Assembly (NCBI GenBank): GCA_963740185.1
Contig: CAVUDH010000007.1
Location: forward strand, 47,740-111,739
DNA length: 64,000 nucleotides
DNA from: an uncultured Verrucomicrobiae bacterium
GTDB lineage: Bacteria; Verrucomicrobiota; Verrucomicrobiia; Chthoniobacterales; JAATET01
Reading direction: 5' to 3'
This document shows, piece after piece, positions 14,016 to 23,344 of this stretch. The notes beneath the pieces are model-generated. The model was given only the letters and a program-made list of their open reading frames with translations. It was not told the origin of the DNA and did no database searches. The position numbers and the translations under genes are program-made. Within the stretch, counting starts at the first letter, position 1. Every line of letters starts with the position of its first letter.

Positions 14016-16717
14016 TCGCTGGAGTCGAGGTCGACGAGAATTTCACGGTCCTTGGCTCCGTCTTTGGGTCCAAGGATGCCGCGCTGCTCGAGGATGTCGA
14101 CGATCCTCGCCGCGCGGGTGTAGCCGAGACGAAGTCGGCGTTGCAACATGGAAGTCGAGGCTTTGCCTTCCTGACGAATGATTTCGAGGCATTTGTCCAC
14201 CAGCTCTTCATCCGCATCGCTGACTTCCTCTTCCGGCGGAGCGTTGCTGGTGAGCTTCTCGTGGATGCTGGGTTCGAATTGAGGCTTGGTCTGATTGGAA
14301 ACGAACTCGACGATCCGGGCGATCTCGTCGTCGGTAACGAGGACTCCCTGGGTGCGGACGAGCTTCGCGGTGCCGGGGGGGAGGTAGAGCATGTCGCCCT
14401 GACCGATGAGCCGCTCGGCGCCGTTCTCGTCGAGGATGACGCGGCTGTCGATCTTCGAGGCGACCTGAAAGGCGATGCGGCTTGGGATGTTGGCCTTGAT
14501 GATGCCCGTGACCACGTCGGCGCGGGGTGTCTGGGTCGCGACGACGAGGTGGATGCCGGAGGCGCGGGCTTTCTGCGCGATCCGGGCGATGCTGGATTCC
14601 ACGTCGGCGGGCGCGGTCTGCATGAGGTCGGCGAGTTCGTCGATGATGACGACAATGTAGGGCATCTGCTCGGGAATGATGATCTCGTCGGCGTCGCGGG
14701 GGACCTGGATCTTGTTGCGCGAGGTGGTGGTCCAGTCGTCGGCGTCGTCGAGGTCCTCGTGCTCCAATTCGGCCGCAGCGGCGAGCGCCTCGATGGGGTC
14801 GGTCTCGGGGGGAGCGGCGGCGTTCGGAGTGGATTCGGTCGGCTCCTCCCACGGTGGGGTGTCGTCGGGGACGGCGGGCGTTTCCTTGTCCTTTGGCGAA
14901 TGCGATTCCGTCTTGTCCGCTGCCTCCGCGTCGAGTTCGGCCTGCGTCTTGGGTTTCGGGCGGGCGTTGAAGGTCGCGATGTTACGGACGTTGGTCTTGG
15001 CGAAGATGCGGTAGCGGTTTTCCATTTCGTCCACGACCCAGCGGAGGGCCATGAGGACCTTCTTCGGATCGGTGACGACGGGGGTCACGAGATGCGGGAG
15101 CGTGTTGTAGATCTGCATCTCCACGACCTTGGGATCGATCATGATGAAGCGAAGTTCCTCGGGGGTGAAGCGGAAGAGGAGGGACGCGATGATGGAGTTG
15201 ATACAGACGGATTTTCCGGAGCCGGTGGTGCCCGCGACGAGGCAATGCGGCATGGCACCGAGGTCGCCGATGATGGCGTTGCCGTAGACGTCCTTGCCGA
15301 GGGTGAGGGGGAGCTTCGCTTTGGACTCGATCCAGGCCTCGGATTCGAACAACTCGCGGACGGTGATTTTGACCTTGTTGGCGTTCGCGATTTCGATGCC
15401 GACGGTGTCCTTGCCCGGGATGGGGGCGATGATGTTGATGCGCTCGGCGCGGGTGGCGCGGGCGATGTCGCGCTCGAGGCCGACGATGCGGTCGACGCGA
15501 ACGCCCTTGGCGGGGTAGATCTCGTAGCGCGTGATGGTGGGGCCTTTGGTGATGTCACCGGGCGAAGTGGTGATCCCGAACTGGCCCAGGGTGTCGATGA
15601 TGACGTCCTGGACGGCTTTGAGCTCGGCGGGGTCGGCGGCGACGCGACCGGCCTCGTCGGGCGGGTCGAGAAGATCGAGGGGCGGGAGTTCGTAGTTGTC
15701 GAGGTGGACTTCCTGCAAGCCGGCCGGGACGTCGGGCTTTTTGCGCCGTGGGGCGGGCGGGAGCTTGGGTTTGGTGCCGGGCTTGGGGACCGAGGTATCG
15801 ATGATCTTGGGTTCGGGGAACTTCGGCTCCTCGGGCTCCGGCGCGACGGGGAGTTCGGGCTCGGGGTCGGGTTCGAGCAGCTCCGGTCGCTTGGGGCGGA
15901 GGCGTTTTTCGATCTTCTCGGCTCGGCGGGCGAGTTCGAGTTGGTTGGCCTCGAAGAGTTCTTCCTCGGACAGGCGTTCGCGGCGACGTTCGCGGCGGGC
16001 GGCGAGATTCTCGCTGATGGCGGCGGCGCAGAGTTTGACGAAGCTGATCGGGTGGAAGCCGGTGAGGAGGATGAGGCTGGCGAGGTAGAGGACGCCGACG
16101 ACGACGGCGGAGCCAACGACGCCCAGAGCACTGGTGAAGGCCTTGCCGGCCAGGTAGTAGCCGACCCAGCCGCCGGGGCTCTGAATCTTGAACGTCTGAT
16201 CCCAGCCGCTCAGGAACCACGGTTGGAGGTGGAGCAGGCTGGCGCCGCAGAGAAGGAAGAGAAACGCCCAACCAAGTCGACCGCGCAGGCTGAACCGGGG
16301 GCGGAAGAGCTTGGCGGCACCGAAGCCCATGAACAGGACGGCGAGGAGGTAGGAGGCGGCGCCGAAGAGGAAGTAGAGGAATCCGGCGAGGAGAACGCCG
16401 ATGATTCCAACGAAGTTATTAATGTCTTCGTTGGGAGGGGTGACGTAGCTGAAGAACGCCCACGAAGGGACGTCGGCGGGGTCGTAGGAAATCAGGGCAA
16501 GCAGGAGGAGAACGCTGATCCCGAGAAGAACCACGCCGAGGGCTTCGTTGATTGCGGGGTTGCCGGTCTTTGCCACGGGTGAGTTGCGACGTATCGCAGA
16601 TTTGCGGGGTGTGGCGCAAGAGTCGGCCTTGCCGCGCGAGCGCCGCTTGGGCTCGGTCGGTGTCGTGCTGGCTCGAACGGTGCGGGTGCCTCGGGATTTG
16701 CGGGACGGAGCGCTCAA
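14012..16717 (-). CDS. ftsK: DNA translocase FtsK
   Basis: N-terminal TM block (ALGVVLLGISVLLLLALISYDP...), a Pro/Glu-rich linker, the motor domain (HCLVAGTTGSGKSVCINS, IVVIIDELADLM) and a gamma wHTH tail (STSMLQRRLRLGYTRAARIVDILE). The start is assigned to TTG 16717, which overlaps the upstream stop. GTG near 16575 is an alternative. Confidence 0.88.
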   Translation of the reverse strand: MSAPSRKSRGTRTVRASTTPTEPKRRSRGKADSCATPRKSAIRRNSPVAKTGNPAINEALGVVLLGISVLLLLALISYDPADVPSWAFFSYVTPPNEDINNFVGIIGVLLAGFLYFLFGAASYLLAVLFMGFGAAKLFRPRFSLRGRLGWAFLFLLCGASLLHLQPWFLSGWDQTFKIQSPGGWVGYYLAGKAFTSALGVVGSAVVVGVLYLASLILLTGFHPISFVKLCAAAISENLAARRERRRERLSEEELFEANQLELARRAEKIEKRLRPKRPELLEPDPEPELPVAPEPEEPKFPEPKIIDTSVPKPGTKPKLPPAPRRKKPDVPAGLQEVHLDNYELPPLDLLDPPDEAGRVAADPAELKAVQDVIIDTLGQFGITTSPGDITKGPTITRYEIYPAKGVRVDRIVGLERDIARATRAERINIIAPIPGKDTVGIEIANANKVKITVRELFESEAWIESKAKLPLTLGKDVYGNAIIGDLGAMPHCLVAGTTGSGKSVCINSIIASLLFRFTPEELRFIMIDPKVVEMQIYNTLPHLVTPVVTDPKKVLMALRWVVDEMENRYRIFAKTNVRNIATFNARPKPKTQAELDAEAADKTESHSPKDKETPAVPDDTPPWEEPTESTPNAAAPPETDPIEALAAAAELEHEDLDDADDWTTTSRNKIQVPRDADEIIIPEQMPYIVVIIDELADLMQTAPADVESSIARIAQKARASGIHLVVATQTPRADVVTGIIKANIPSRIAFQVASKIDSRVILDENGAERLIGQGDMLYLPPGTAKLVRTQGVLVTDDEIARIVEFVSNQTKPQFEPSIHEKLTSNAPPEEEVSDADEELVDKCLEIIRQEGKASTSMLQRRLRLGYTRAARIVDILEQRGILGPKDGAKDREILVDLDSSE

Positions 16718-17640
16718 AGTGGATCGAGCCCGTGAAGTCGGACGGCCTGGTTCTTGCCTTTGAGCTGGTGCTCGCCGAGGTCGACGTAAGTTTTTGCGTT
16801 TTGCTCGGAATCGCCGAGGTTCGCGAGAAAGTCGCCGGACATGACGAGGCGCTGGCCGAGAAGTTTCATGGTGGATTCGATCCGGAAGGCGGTGTTGACG
16901 GCATCGCCGATGATGGTGGCGTCGCGCTGGGCCACGAGGCCGATGTTGCCACAGGTGACGATGCCGTGGTGGAGGGCGACGGCGATGCGGAAGGGCGGGG
17001 CGTCGGTGCCGGGCCAGCGGCGGGTGGCGGCCTGTTCCAAAAGAGAGCGCCCGATCTGCAGTGCGGCGCGGGATTCGCCGCCTGGCTCCGGGGTTTTGTT
17101 CCAGTAGGCAAGAATGGCGTCCCCGATGAACTTGTCGATGGTGCCGCCGCTTTCCTGGATGAGGTTGCCCGCGTTGCGAAACCATTCGCCGAGGAGCTTG
17201 GCGAGCCGCTCCTCGGGGAGAAGTTCGGACATGGTCGAGAAGCTGCGGATGTCGCAGACCATGATCGCGACGTCCGCCGCTTCTTCGAGGCCGGTGTCGG
17301 TGCCGGCAATGGTGACTTCGCTGGAGGGCGAGGTGCCCGAGTCTTCGATTTGCGAAAAGTGAAGCTCGTTGGTCGTGATACGGATCACGGACCCGTGGCG
17401 GAGGGTGACGGGAGTGATCACGCGGCGGCCGTCGACGTAGGTGCCGTTGCGGCTGCCGAGGTCCATGATCTGGTATTCGAACGCGTTGTGGCAGCGGATG
17501 ATGGCGTGCTGACGGGAGACGTGGGGGCTGAAATCGAGGGCGACGGTGTTGTCCCGGCTCCGCCCGATGGTGGCGGTATTGGCGATGTCGACGTCGAAGG
17601 ACTCGCGGTCGGCAGGTTGGACTTTCAGCTTGGCACGCAT
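16714..17640 (-). CDS. FHA domain - class III adenylate/guanylate cyclase
   Basis: FHA domain: TIGRSRDNTVALDFSPHVSRQHAII...LGSRNGTYVDG. Cyclase domain with intact catalytic signatures: MVCDIRSFSTMSE, IGDAILAYW, IGDAVNTAFRIES. Confidence 0.88.
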   Translation of the reverse strand: MRAKLKVQPADRESFDVDIANTATIGRSRDNTVALDFSPHVSRQHAIIRCHNAFEYQIMDLGSRNGTYVDGRRVITPVTLRHGSVIRITTNELHFSQIEDSGTSPSSEVTIAGTDTGLEEAADVAIMVCDIRSFSTMSELLPEERLAKLLGEWFRNAGNLIQESGGTIDKFIGDAILAYWNKTPEPGGESRAALQIGRSLLEQAATRRWPGTDAPPFRIAVALHHGIVTCGNIGLVAQRDATIIGDAVNTAFRIESTMKLLGQRLVMSGDFLANLGDSEQNAKTYVDLGEHQLKGKNQAVRLHGLDPL

Positions 17641-17705
17641 GAGCAGAGGCAGAAGCTATCCGCAGCCGGGGCAAGGGTTAAGCTCGAATTTGGGAGGATC
17701 GCTTT

Positions 17706-18560
17706 TTAGCGGACCTCGATCTTTTCCATTGGAATCAGGCGCTCGAGAGCGTCGGTGATTTCCCATTTACGCCAGGAAGTGACGTCGTCGGTCGATGCCT
17801 TCACGAGATCGAGGTAGCCGGTCGAGGCCTCGCGGAAACCCGAGACCGAGTCCTTCCGGGCGGCGGCGATCAGCCTGGGATTGTAAACGAGCAGCCACCA
17901 ACCGCCGTAGGCTTCGGCCTTGGAGGGCGGGGTGACCTGAATCGTCAACCCGGCGACGGATTGACTGCCGCCCCGGGCGTCGAGTTCGTAGAGGGTCTCG
18001 ATCTGCTCGAGGTCCGTGAGGTAGGAGACGAGAAACTCGCGGCAGTGCGTTAGAACGTCCCGGGAAGGGCTGGATCTGGAATAGTGGCCGATCTCGATCG
18101 CGGCGGGGTTCTCCGGGTCGCCGTAGATGTTCAGTTCGTAGTCGGAATTACCGCGGAACGAGAGGTAGGGGACGTTCTTGAAGGAGCCGCCGTCGATGGG
18201 CGTGGCGGGAATGTTTTCGACCGTCGTGATCCAGTCCTCGGCGTAGAGGTCGGCGAGGGGAATCCACCAGGGTGGGAGTTCGTTGCCGGCGGGTAATTCG
18301 ACGATGGGAGGGTTGCTGGTGATCCCGTCGTAGATACGGCGGATGGCGCGCTTGGGATAGACGACGGAGCCTTCGCCGACCTGCATGACGACGCGGTCCT
18401 TGGATTGCGCGACGATGGTCCCGGAAATGCGCTTCCCGCTCTTGAGTAGAATTTCGTCCACGGCCCGACCGGTGAGCGGGAGGGTGATGAGGACGGCGAG
18501 AAAAAAGATGAGATGTTTGCGCTGGGCGCGGATGCCCGTTATGCGTTGGCTCGAAGTCAC
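17706..18560 (-). CDS. Hypothetical exported protein
   Basis: 321-aa ORF. I prefer GTG 18560 as start, which gives a signal peptide (KHLIFFLAVLITLPLTGRA). No recognised domain. The longer ORF start would overlap the divergent GH1 gene. Confidence 0.45.
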   Translation of the reverse strand: MTSSQRITGIRAQRKHLIFFLAVLITLPLTGRAVDEILLKSGKRISGTIVAQSKDRVVMQVGEGSVVYPKRAIRRIYDGITSNPPIVELPAGNELPPWWIPLADLYAEDWITTVENIPATPIDGGSFKNVPYLSFRGNSDYELNIYGDPENPAAIEIGHYSRSSPSRDVLTHCREFLVSYLTDLEQIETLYELDARGGSQSVAGLTIQVTPPSKAEAYGGWWLLVYNPRLIAAARKDSVSGFREASTGYLDLVKASTDDVTSWRKWEITDALERLIPMEKIEVR

Positions 18561-18585
18561 ACCGACTTGCCTACGCCAAAACCCG

Positions 18586-19923
18586 ATGCCAATTAAGCTT
18601 TCTTTTTTTCTGACCGCCTGTGCCTTGCTGGTCGGGGGCTGCGTGACCCCGCCAACCCGCCCGGTGGTCACGGACGCGGACGCCCAGGAGAACCGAAAAC
18701 TTGAGACGGGGCCGTTTTGGTGGGGGGTCTCGACGAGCGGGTATCAGACCGAGGATCGGGTCGCGAAGCCGGGCCAGAGCGGGTATTTCAAGACGGATTG
18801 GGACCTCTACGTCGAGCGGGGTCGGGCACCTGAGCGGGGGCAGGCGACCTTTTCGTGGACGGAGTTCGATCGGGACGTGCGGCTGTTGCGGGCGATCGGG
18901 GTCAATCATTTCCGCTACGGCATCGAGTGGGCCCGGGTGGAACCCAGGCCGGGCGTCTACAACGAGGCCGCGATCTCGCAATACGTCGGGATGGCGCGGA
19001 AGCTCCGGGCGGCGGGGATCGAGCCGATTGTCACGCTGTGGCACTTCACGTTCCCGGATTGGCTGACGGATTTGGATCGACCCGGCAAGTCGCATTGGTT
19101 GCACCCACTGGCGGATCAGCATTGGCGCGATTACGTGACGAAGATGACGACCGCGCTCGCACCGGAGGTTCGGATTTACGCGCCGCAGAACGAGCCGAAC
19201 GGCATGTTGCCGCTCTCGTATCTCGCGGACCACTGGCCACCGGCGGGGCTCCTCCAGACGCGAAATTACCGGAAGGCGCTGAACGCGGCGGTGGCGCAGT
19301 TTCGCGAAGCGGTGGTCATCATTCGGGGGATTCGACCGGACGCGATCATCATGAGCGTGCAGGCGCTCCCGTGGTGGAAGCGGGATCGGGTCTTCGATCC
19401 GACGGGGATGGTCTACAACGCGATGCGGCGGGTGTGTTACGACCACCTCGATGGCATCCACGACGTGTGCGACATCATCGGGTTTAACTACTACTACAGC
19501 CAGAACGCGACGTTTGCGGACTTCTTCTACGCGGGCCGGGGCGAGCAGAGCGAAAGCTACACGCAGATGGGTTGGATCATCGACCCGGAGTCGTTTTACC
19601 AGTTGATCATGGACGTGTGGGGACGCTACCGGAAGCCGATGATCATCGCCGAGAACGGGATCGGGACGCTCAACGAGCAGAAGAAGATCAAATACCTCCG
19701 CGACCACATCAACCAGATGCGGCGGGCGATGGCGGACGGTGCGGACATGCGCGGGTATTTTGCCTGGACGCTGGTCGATAACTACGAGTGGCACGAGGGG
19801 TATGACGCCAACTTCGGGTTATCGATCATGGATCCGGAGACGAAGGAGCGGACGCTGGAGCCGTCGGGATATTTTTACCGAAATCTGATCCGGCGGTACG
19901 GGAACCTGCGGAAGCCGCGCTAG
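18586..19923 (+). CDS. Glycoside hydrolase family 1 (beta-glucosidase-like), lipoprotein-type signal
   Basis: MPIKLSFFLTACALLVGGC lipobox-like start. The GH1 acid/base motif (APQNEPN) and nucleophile motif (IIAENGIG) are present, plus FAWTLVDNYEWHEGY. Confidence 0.88.
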   Translation: MPIKLSFFLTACALLVGGCVTPPTRPVVTDADAQENRKLETGPFWWGVSTSGYQTEDRVAKPGQSGYFKTDWDLYVERGRAPERGQATFSWTEFDRDVRLLRAIGVNHFRYGIEWARVEPRPGVYNEAAISQYVGMARKLRAAGIEPIVTLWHFTFPDWLTDLDRPGKSHWLHPLADQHWRDYVTKMTTALAPEVRIYAPQNEPNGMLPLSYLADHWPPAGLLQTRNYRKALNAAVAQFREAVVIIRGIRPDAIIMSVQALPWWKRDRVFDPTGMVYNAMRRVCYDHLDGIHDVCDIIGFNYYYSQNATFADFFYAGRGEQSESYTQMGWIIDPESFYQLIMDVWGRYRKPMIIAENGIGTLNEQKKIKYLRDHINQMRRAMADGADMRGYFAWTLVDNYEWHEGYDANFGLSIMDPETKERTLEPSGYFYRNLIRRYGNLRKPR

Positions 19924-21003
19924 ATGCAATCCATCAAATCACTGACGCTGGACGAGCTGACCGACCGGTTTGTCGTCGCCGGCGAGCCGGGTTACCGCGC
20001 CAAGCAGGTGATCGGCTGGCTCTACGACAAGCGGGTTGGGGAGTTCGCCAAAATGACGAATCTTCCCGCCGCGTTGCGTGAGCGTCTGGCGACGGAATAC
20101 GGAGACCGTCCGCTGGAGGTGGTGCGGACGATTGGGTCGGCGGACACGACGCAGAAATTTTTGTTTCGCCTGCACGACGGCCAGTTGATCGAAACGGTCT
20201 TGATTCCCGCATCGCGGGGGGCGGACGGCGGGGTGGCCCGTCGGCGGACGCTGTGCGTGTCGTCGCAGGTCGGGTGCGCCTACGGGTGCCGCTTTTGCGC
20301 GAGCGGGCTGGACGGTTGGAAGCGAAATCTCGCTGCGGGCGAGATCGTCGAGCAACTCCTGCAGGCCGAAGCGATCTCGGGGGAGCGGGTGGACAACCTG
20401 GTTTTCATGGGGATGGGGGAGCCGTTCGCCAATTTTGATGAATTGATGCGCACGATCACGATCCTGAACGCGCCCTGGGGGCCAAACGTCGGTGCGCGCC
20501 ACGTGACGGTGTCGACGAGCGGGCTGGCCCCGCGGATCCGTGACCTCGCCGACCAGCCGCTGCAGGTGCGACTGGCGGTTTCGCTCCACGGCGCGACGGA
20601 CGAAGTGCGGGACCAGATCATGCCGGTGAATCGAAAGTATCCGCTGGGCGAATTACTCGCGGCGTGCGCGTATTTTTGCGATCAGCGGAAGCAGAAAATC
20701 ACGTTCGAATACATCCTGATCGAGGGAGTGAACGATTCCGTGGAACAGGCGATCGCGTTGTCACGGATCGTCCGGAAGTTGAACGCCAAGGTGAATCTCA
20801 TTCCCTACAACGCAGTCGACGGCCTGGAGTGGACCCGACCGTCGGAGGAGGTGATGGAAGAATTCGTCGACGTGCTGCACGCGGCGAGGGTGTCGGCGAC
20901 GTTGCGACGCGAAAAGGGGCACGACATCGCGGCGGCTTGCGGGCAGTTGCGCCTGCAAACCGAACGCGAAAAACCCGTTGCAGACCCGGCGGGGGTGCTC
21001 TAA
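19924..21003 (+). CDS. rlmN: 23S rRNA/tRNA (adenine-C2)-methyltransferase RlmN (radical SAM)
   Basis: CVSSQVGCAYGCRFCASG radical-SAM cluster motif, MGMGEPFANFD, and a C-terminal GHDIAAACGQL. Confidence 0.93.
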   Translation: MQSIKSLTLDELTDRFVVAGEPGYRAKQVIGWLYDKRVGEFAKMTNLPAALRERLATEYGDRPLEVVRTIGSADTTQKFLFRLHDGQLIETVLIPASRGADGGVARRRTLCVSSQVGCAYGCRFCASGLDGWKRNLAAGEIVEQLLQAEAISGERVDNLVFMGMGEPFANFDELMRTITILNAPWGPNVGARHVTVSTSGLAPRIRDLADQPLQVRLAVSLHGATDEVRDQIMPVNRKYPLGELLAACAYFCDQRKQKITFEYILIEGVNDSVEQAIALSRIVRKLNAKVNLIPYNAVDGLEWTRPSEEVMEEFVDVLHAARVSATLRREKGHDIAAACGQLRLQTEREKPVADPAGVL

Positions 21004-21015
21004 AAATTCTTCGAA

Positions 21016-21750
21016 ATGCCGGACGACGACTTCGGAACTCCCGAGCTTTGGGACGAATACGAGTGGGAGCGCTTTCTCCAGCAGCAGGATCGCAAGACCG
21101 AGCAGTATTTTGCTCTCTTCGAGAAATACGCGAACGACCCGGATCGTGACGAGATCATCGCCCGCGAGATGGGCTGGAATCAGGTTGTCGGCAGTGATGA
21201 CGACGACGAAGACGAAGAGGAGCCGTGGGCCGCGCTCGGATTTCTCGATGATGACGACGAGGACGAGGAATTCGATGATGACCTCGATGAATCGGACGAA
21301 ATAACGAACATTTTCGAAGAGGGCGACGAGGAAGACTCCGAGGACGAGGAAGACGATCAATTCGAGGAACTTCGGAATTCCGAGGTCTACCTGCAGAGCA
21401 TGGAGTTGAATCGCCGCGTTTTCGCGCTGGTCGAGGAGCGCGACAACTTGAAGGAAAATCTGGTTGCGGTCGAAATGGCGACGCGGATCGCGGTCTGCGG
21501 GGCCAAGCTGGCGGCGGCGCTGTGCGGCGACGAGTATTCCGAGGTCGGGATGACGATTGCCTACCTGAAGCGGAGTCTCAAGGCGGCGACCGATTCGTTG
21601 AATTCCGCGGTGCAGCTGCACGAAAGCGGGCTACTCGACGTGGACGACCTGCGCTCGCTGACGGATTTACTTTTCCCGGTCCGGGAGAAGATCGTCGATT
21701 TGATGAGCGAATACCGGGTGGAATTGCGACGGCGGCGGGGGGAATCGTAG
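21016..21750 (+). CDS. Hypothetical highly acidic protein
   Basis: 244-aa ORF 13 nt after rlmN. The central roughly 60 residues are almost pure Asp/Glu (DDDDEDEEEP...DDDDEDEEFDDDLDESDE...DEEDSEDEEDD), followed by a helical C-terminal half. Confidence 0.55.
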   Translation: MPDDDFGTPELWDEYEWERFLQQQDRKTEQYFALFEKYANDPDRDEIIAREMGWNQVVGSDDDDEDEEEPWAALGFLDDDDEDEEFDDDLDESDEITNIFEEGDEEDSEDEEDDQFEELRNSEVYLQSMELNRRVFALVEERDNLKENLVAVEMATRIAVCGAKLAAALCGDEYSEVGMTIAYLKRSLKAATDSLNSAVQLHESGLLDVDDLRSLTDLLFPVREKIVDLMSEYRVELRRRRGES

Positions 21751-21793
21751 TTCCCGTGTTGAATAAATCCGGACGGGCCACCGTTGTTTTCCA

Positions 21794-22381
21794 ATGAGTG
21801 CCGAGGTCGCCAACGAAGACGAGACCCTCATCGCCCGAAGTCGGGAAGGGGATTCGTCGGCCTTCAACGAGCTCGTCACTCGTCACCGAAATCGCATTTA
21901 CATGGTCACGTATTCCATCATTCGAAATTCCGACGACGCCCTCGATTTGACGCAGGAGACCTTCATCCGCGCCTGGAAGTCGCTCGGAAAGCTGGATGGC
22001 AATACGCAGTTCCCGGCTTGGCTGAGTCGGATCGCTCGAAATGCCTCCATCGATCTGCTGCGGAAAAAGCAGAACCGGCCGCAATCCGAATTCGACGTGG
22101 GTCCGATGGCCATCGACGCAGCCTCCCGGACGACTCCGGCGGAGGCCGAGCGGCCCGGCCTGGGGGTCGAGCGGAGCGAGATGCGGGAGCGGTTCGAGCG
22201 GGCCTTGGCGACGCTGAGTGCCGACCATCGGGAAGTGATCGTGCTGAAAGAGGTCGAGGATCTGTCCTACAAGGAAATCGCGGGGATGATCGGGTGCTCG
22301 ATTGGCACCGTGATGTCGCGGTTGTTTTACGCTCGTAAGAAAATGCAAACTGAACTGAGGGACCTTTACGATGAGCTATGA
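21794..22381 (+). CDS. ECF-type RNA polymerase sigma factor
   Basis: SREGDSSAFNELVTRHRNRIY, DDALDLTQETFIRAWKSL, and region 4 REVIVLKEVEDLSYKEIAGMIGCSIGTVMSRLFYARKKM. Confidence 0.92.
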   Translation: MSAEVANEDETLIARSREGDSSAFNELVTRHRNRIYMVTYSIIRNSDDALDLTQETFIRAWKSLGKLDGNTQFPAWLSRIARNASIDLLRKKQNRPQSEFDVGPMAIDAASRTTPAEAERPGLGVERSEMRERFERALATLSADHREVIVLKEVEDLSYKEIAGMIGCSIGTVMSRLFYARKKMQTELRDLYDEL

Positions 22382-22901
22382 CACGATGAGTTTTGAGGAA
22401 CGCCACACGGCCTGGGTCGATGGCGCCTTGACGGACGCTGAGCGGGAGGCGTTCGAGCGGGAACTGCCGGATCGCGCGGAAGCCGAGCTGGGGCGGGATC
22501 AATGGCGGACGCTGAGTGCTCGATTGCGCGAGGCGGTGCCGGCGGCGGAGCTCCGCCATCCCGATTTCGTGAACTCGCAGGTGTTGGAAGCCATCCGGCG
22601 CGAGGAAATCGCGGAGGATCGCAAAATCGAGTCCTCCCCGGCGACGGTCGGTGGATTCTTTTCGGTCGCGAGACTGGCGTGGGCGGGATCGTTCCTCGTC
22701 GCCGTTGCCGCGGTGTTGTCGGCATTTTTCATCGTCGGTCAGGGTGAGCCCGCCATGAGCGAGCAACTCGTCAGCCGAGTCATTCAGACCGACGCGCGGG
22801 CTCCGGGCGCGGAGGCCTACGTGTTTCAGGCCCCCAGCGGGCGGGGAACCGTGCTGTGGATCGAAGGCGCGGGCTACATCCCACCGACCGAGAAGCTCTG
22901 A
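22371..22901 (+). CDS. Putative anti-sigma factor (single-pass membrane protein)
   Basis: Overlaps the sigma gene by 11 nt. N-terminal HTAWVDGALTDAEREAFEREL anti-sigma-type helix and a central TM helix (LAWAGSFLVAVAAVLSAFFIV). Confidence 0.7.
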   Translation: MSYDTMSFEERHTAWVDGALTDAEREAFERELPDRAEAELGRDQWRTLSARLREAVPAAELRHPDFVNSQVLEAIRREEIAEDRKIESSPATVGGFFSVARLAWAGSFLVAVAAVLSAFFIVGQGEPAMSEQLVSRVIQTDARAPGAEAYVFQAPSGRGTVLWIEGAGYIPPTEKL

Positions 22902-22906
22902 TATCC

Positions 22907-23344
22907 ATGCAGCGGCTGACCCTTTTCCTCGTTTTGATCGTGGCGCTCATCGGAGGGCCGAGCGCCGGGGCGGCGGATAAAATTTGGACCGGTTTGGTGC
23001 TCGCGACGACGGAGGAGCCGCCGAAGGAGCCGACCGAAGATCTGCTGCCGTTCGTGGACGAGATCCGCGAGATTTTCGGCTACAACACCTACTACCTGCT
23101 GCGCCAGAAGAAGAAGAAAATCGTCGAAGGCACGGAGGAATGGGTGGTTCCAACCAAGCAATTTTACCTCAAGCTGCGCTGCACCGAGCGGACGGAGACG
23201 AGCTACCGGGTGACTCTGGAGCTTTACGCTGACGACCGCTTTATTCTCACGTCCGACGTCGAGTTGGCCCGGGACGCGCCGTTGTTTATCCGCGGCCCGC
23301 AGTGGGGGAAGGGGCGGTTGATCTTTGTGATGGAAGTGCGATGA
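22907..23344 (+). CDS. Hypothetical secreted protein
   Basis: MQRLTLFLVLIVALIGGPSAGAAD signal peptide. Third gene of the sigma/anti-sigma operon. Its stop overlaps the next ATG (ATGA). Confidence 0.5.
   Translation: MQRLTLFLVLIVALIGGPSAGAADKIWTGLVLATTEEPPKEPTEDLLPFVDEIREIFGYNTYYLLRQKKKKIVEGTEEWVVPTKQFYLKLRCTERTETSYRVTLELYADDRFILTSDVELARDAPLFIRGPQWGKGRLIFVMEVR

Noticed and set aside
14141-16582. 813-aa plus-strand ORF.
   Set aside because: It is antisense to ftsK. The translation is dominated by G/D/E/V repeats mirroring the FtsK codons, with no recognisable domain.
16718-17674. N-terminal 320 residues of the 1220-aa ftsK ORF.
   Set aside because: This stretch overlaps the well-supported FHA-cyclase gene in another frame and translates to Arg/Pro/His-rich low-complexity sequence. 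FtsK-like sequence starts only after 16717.
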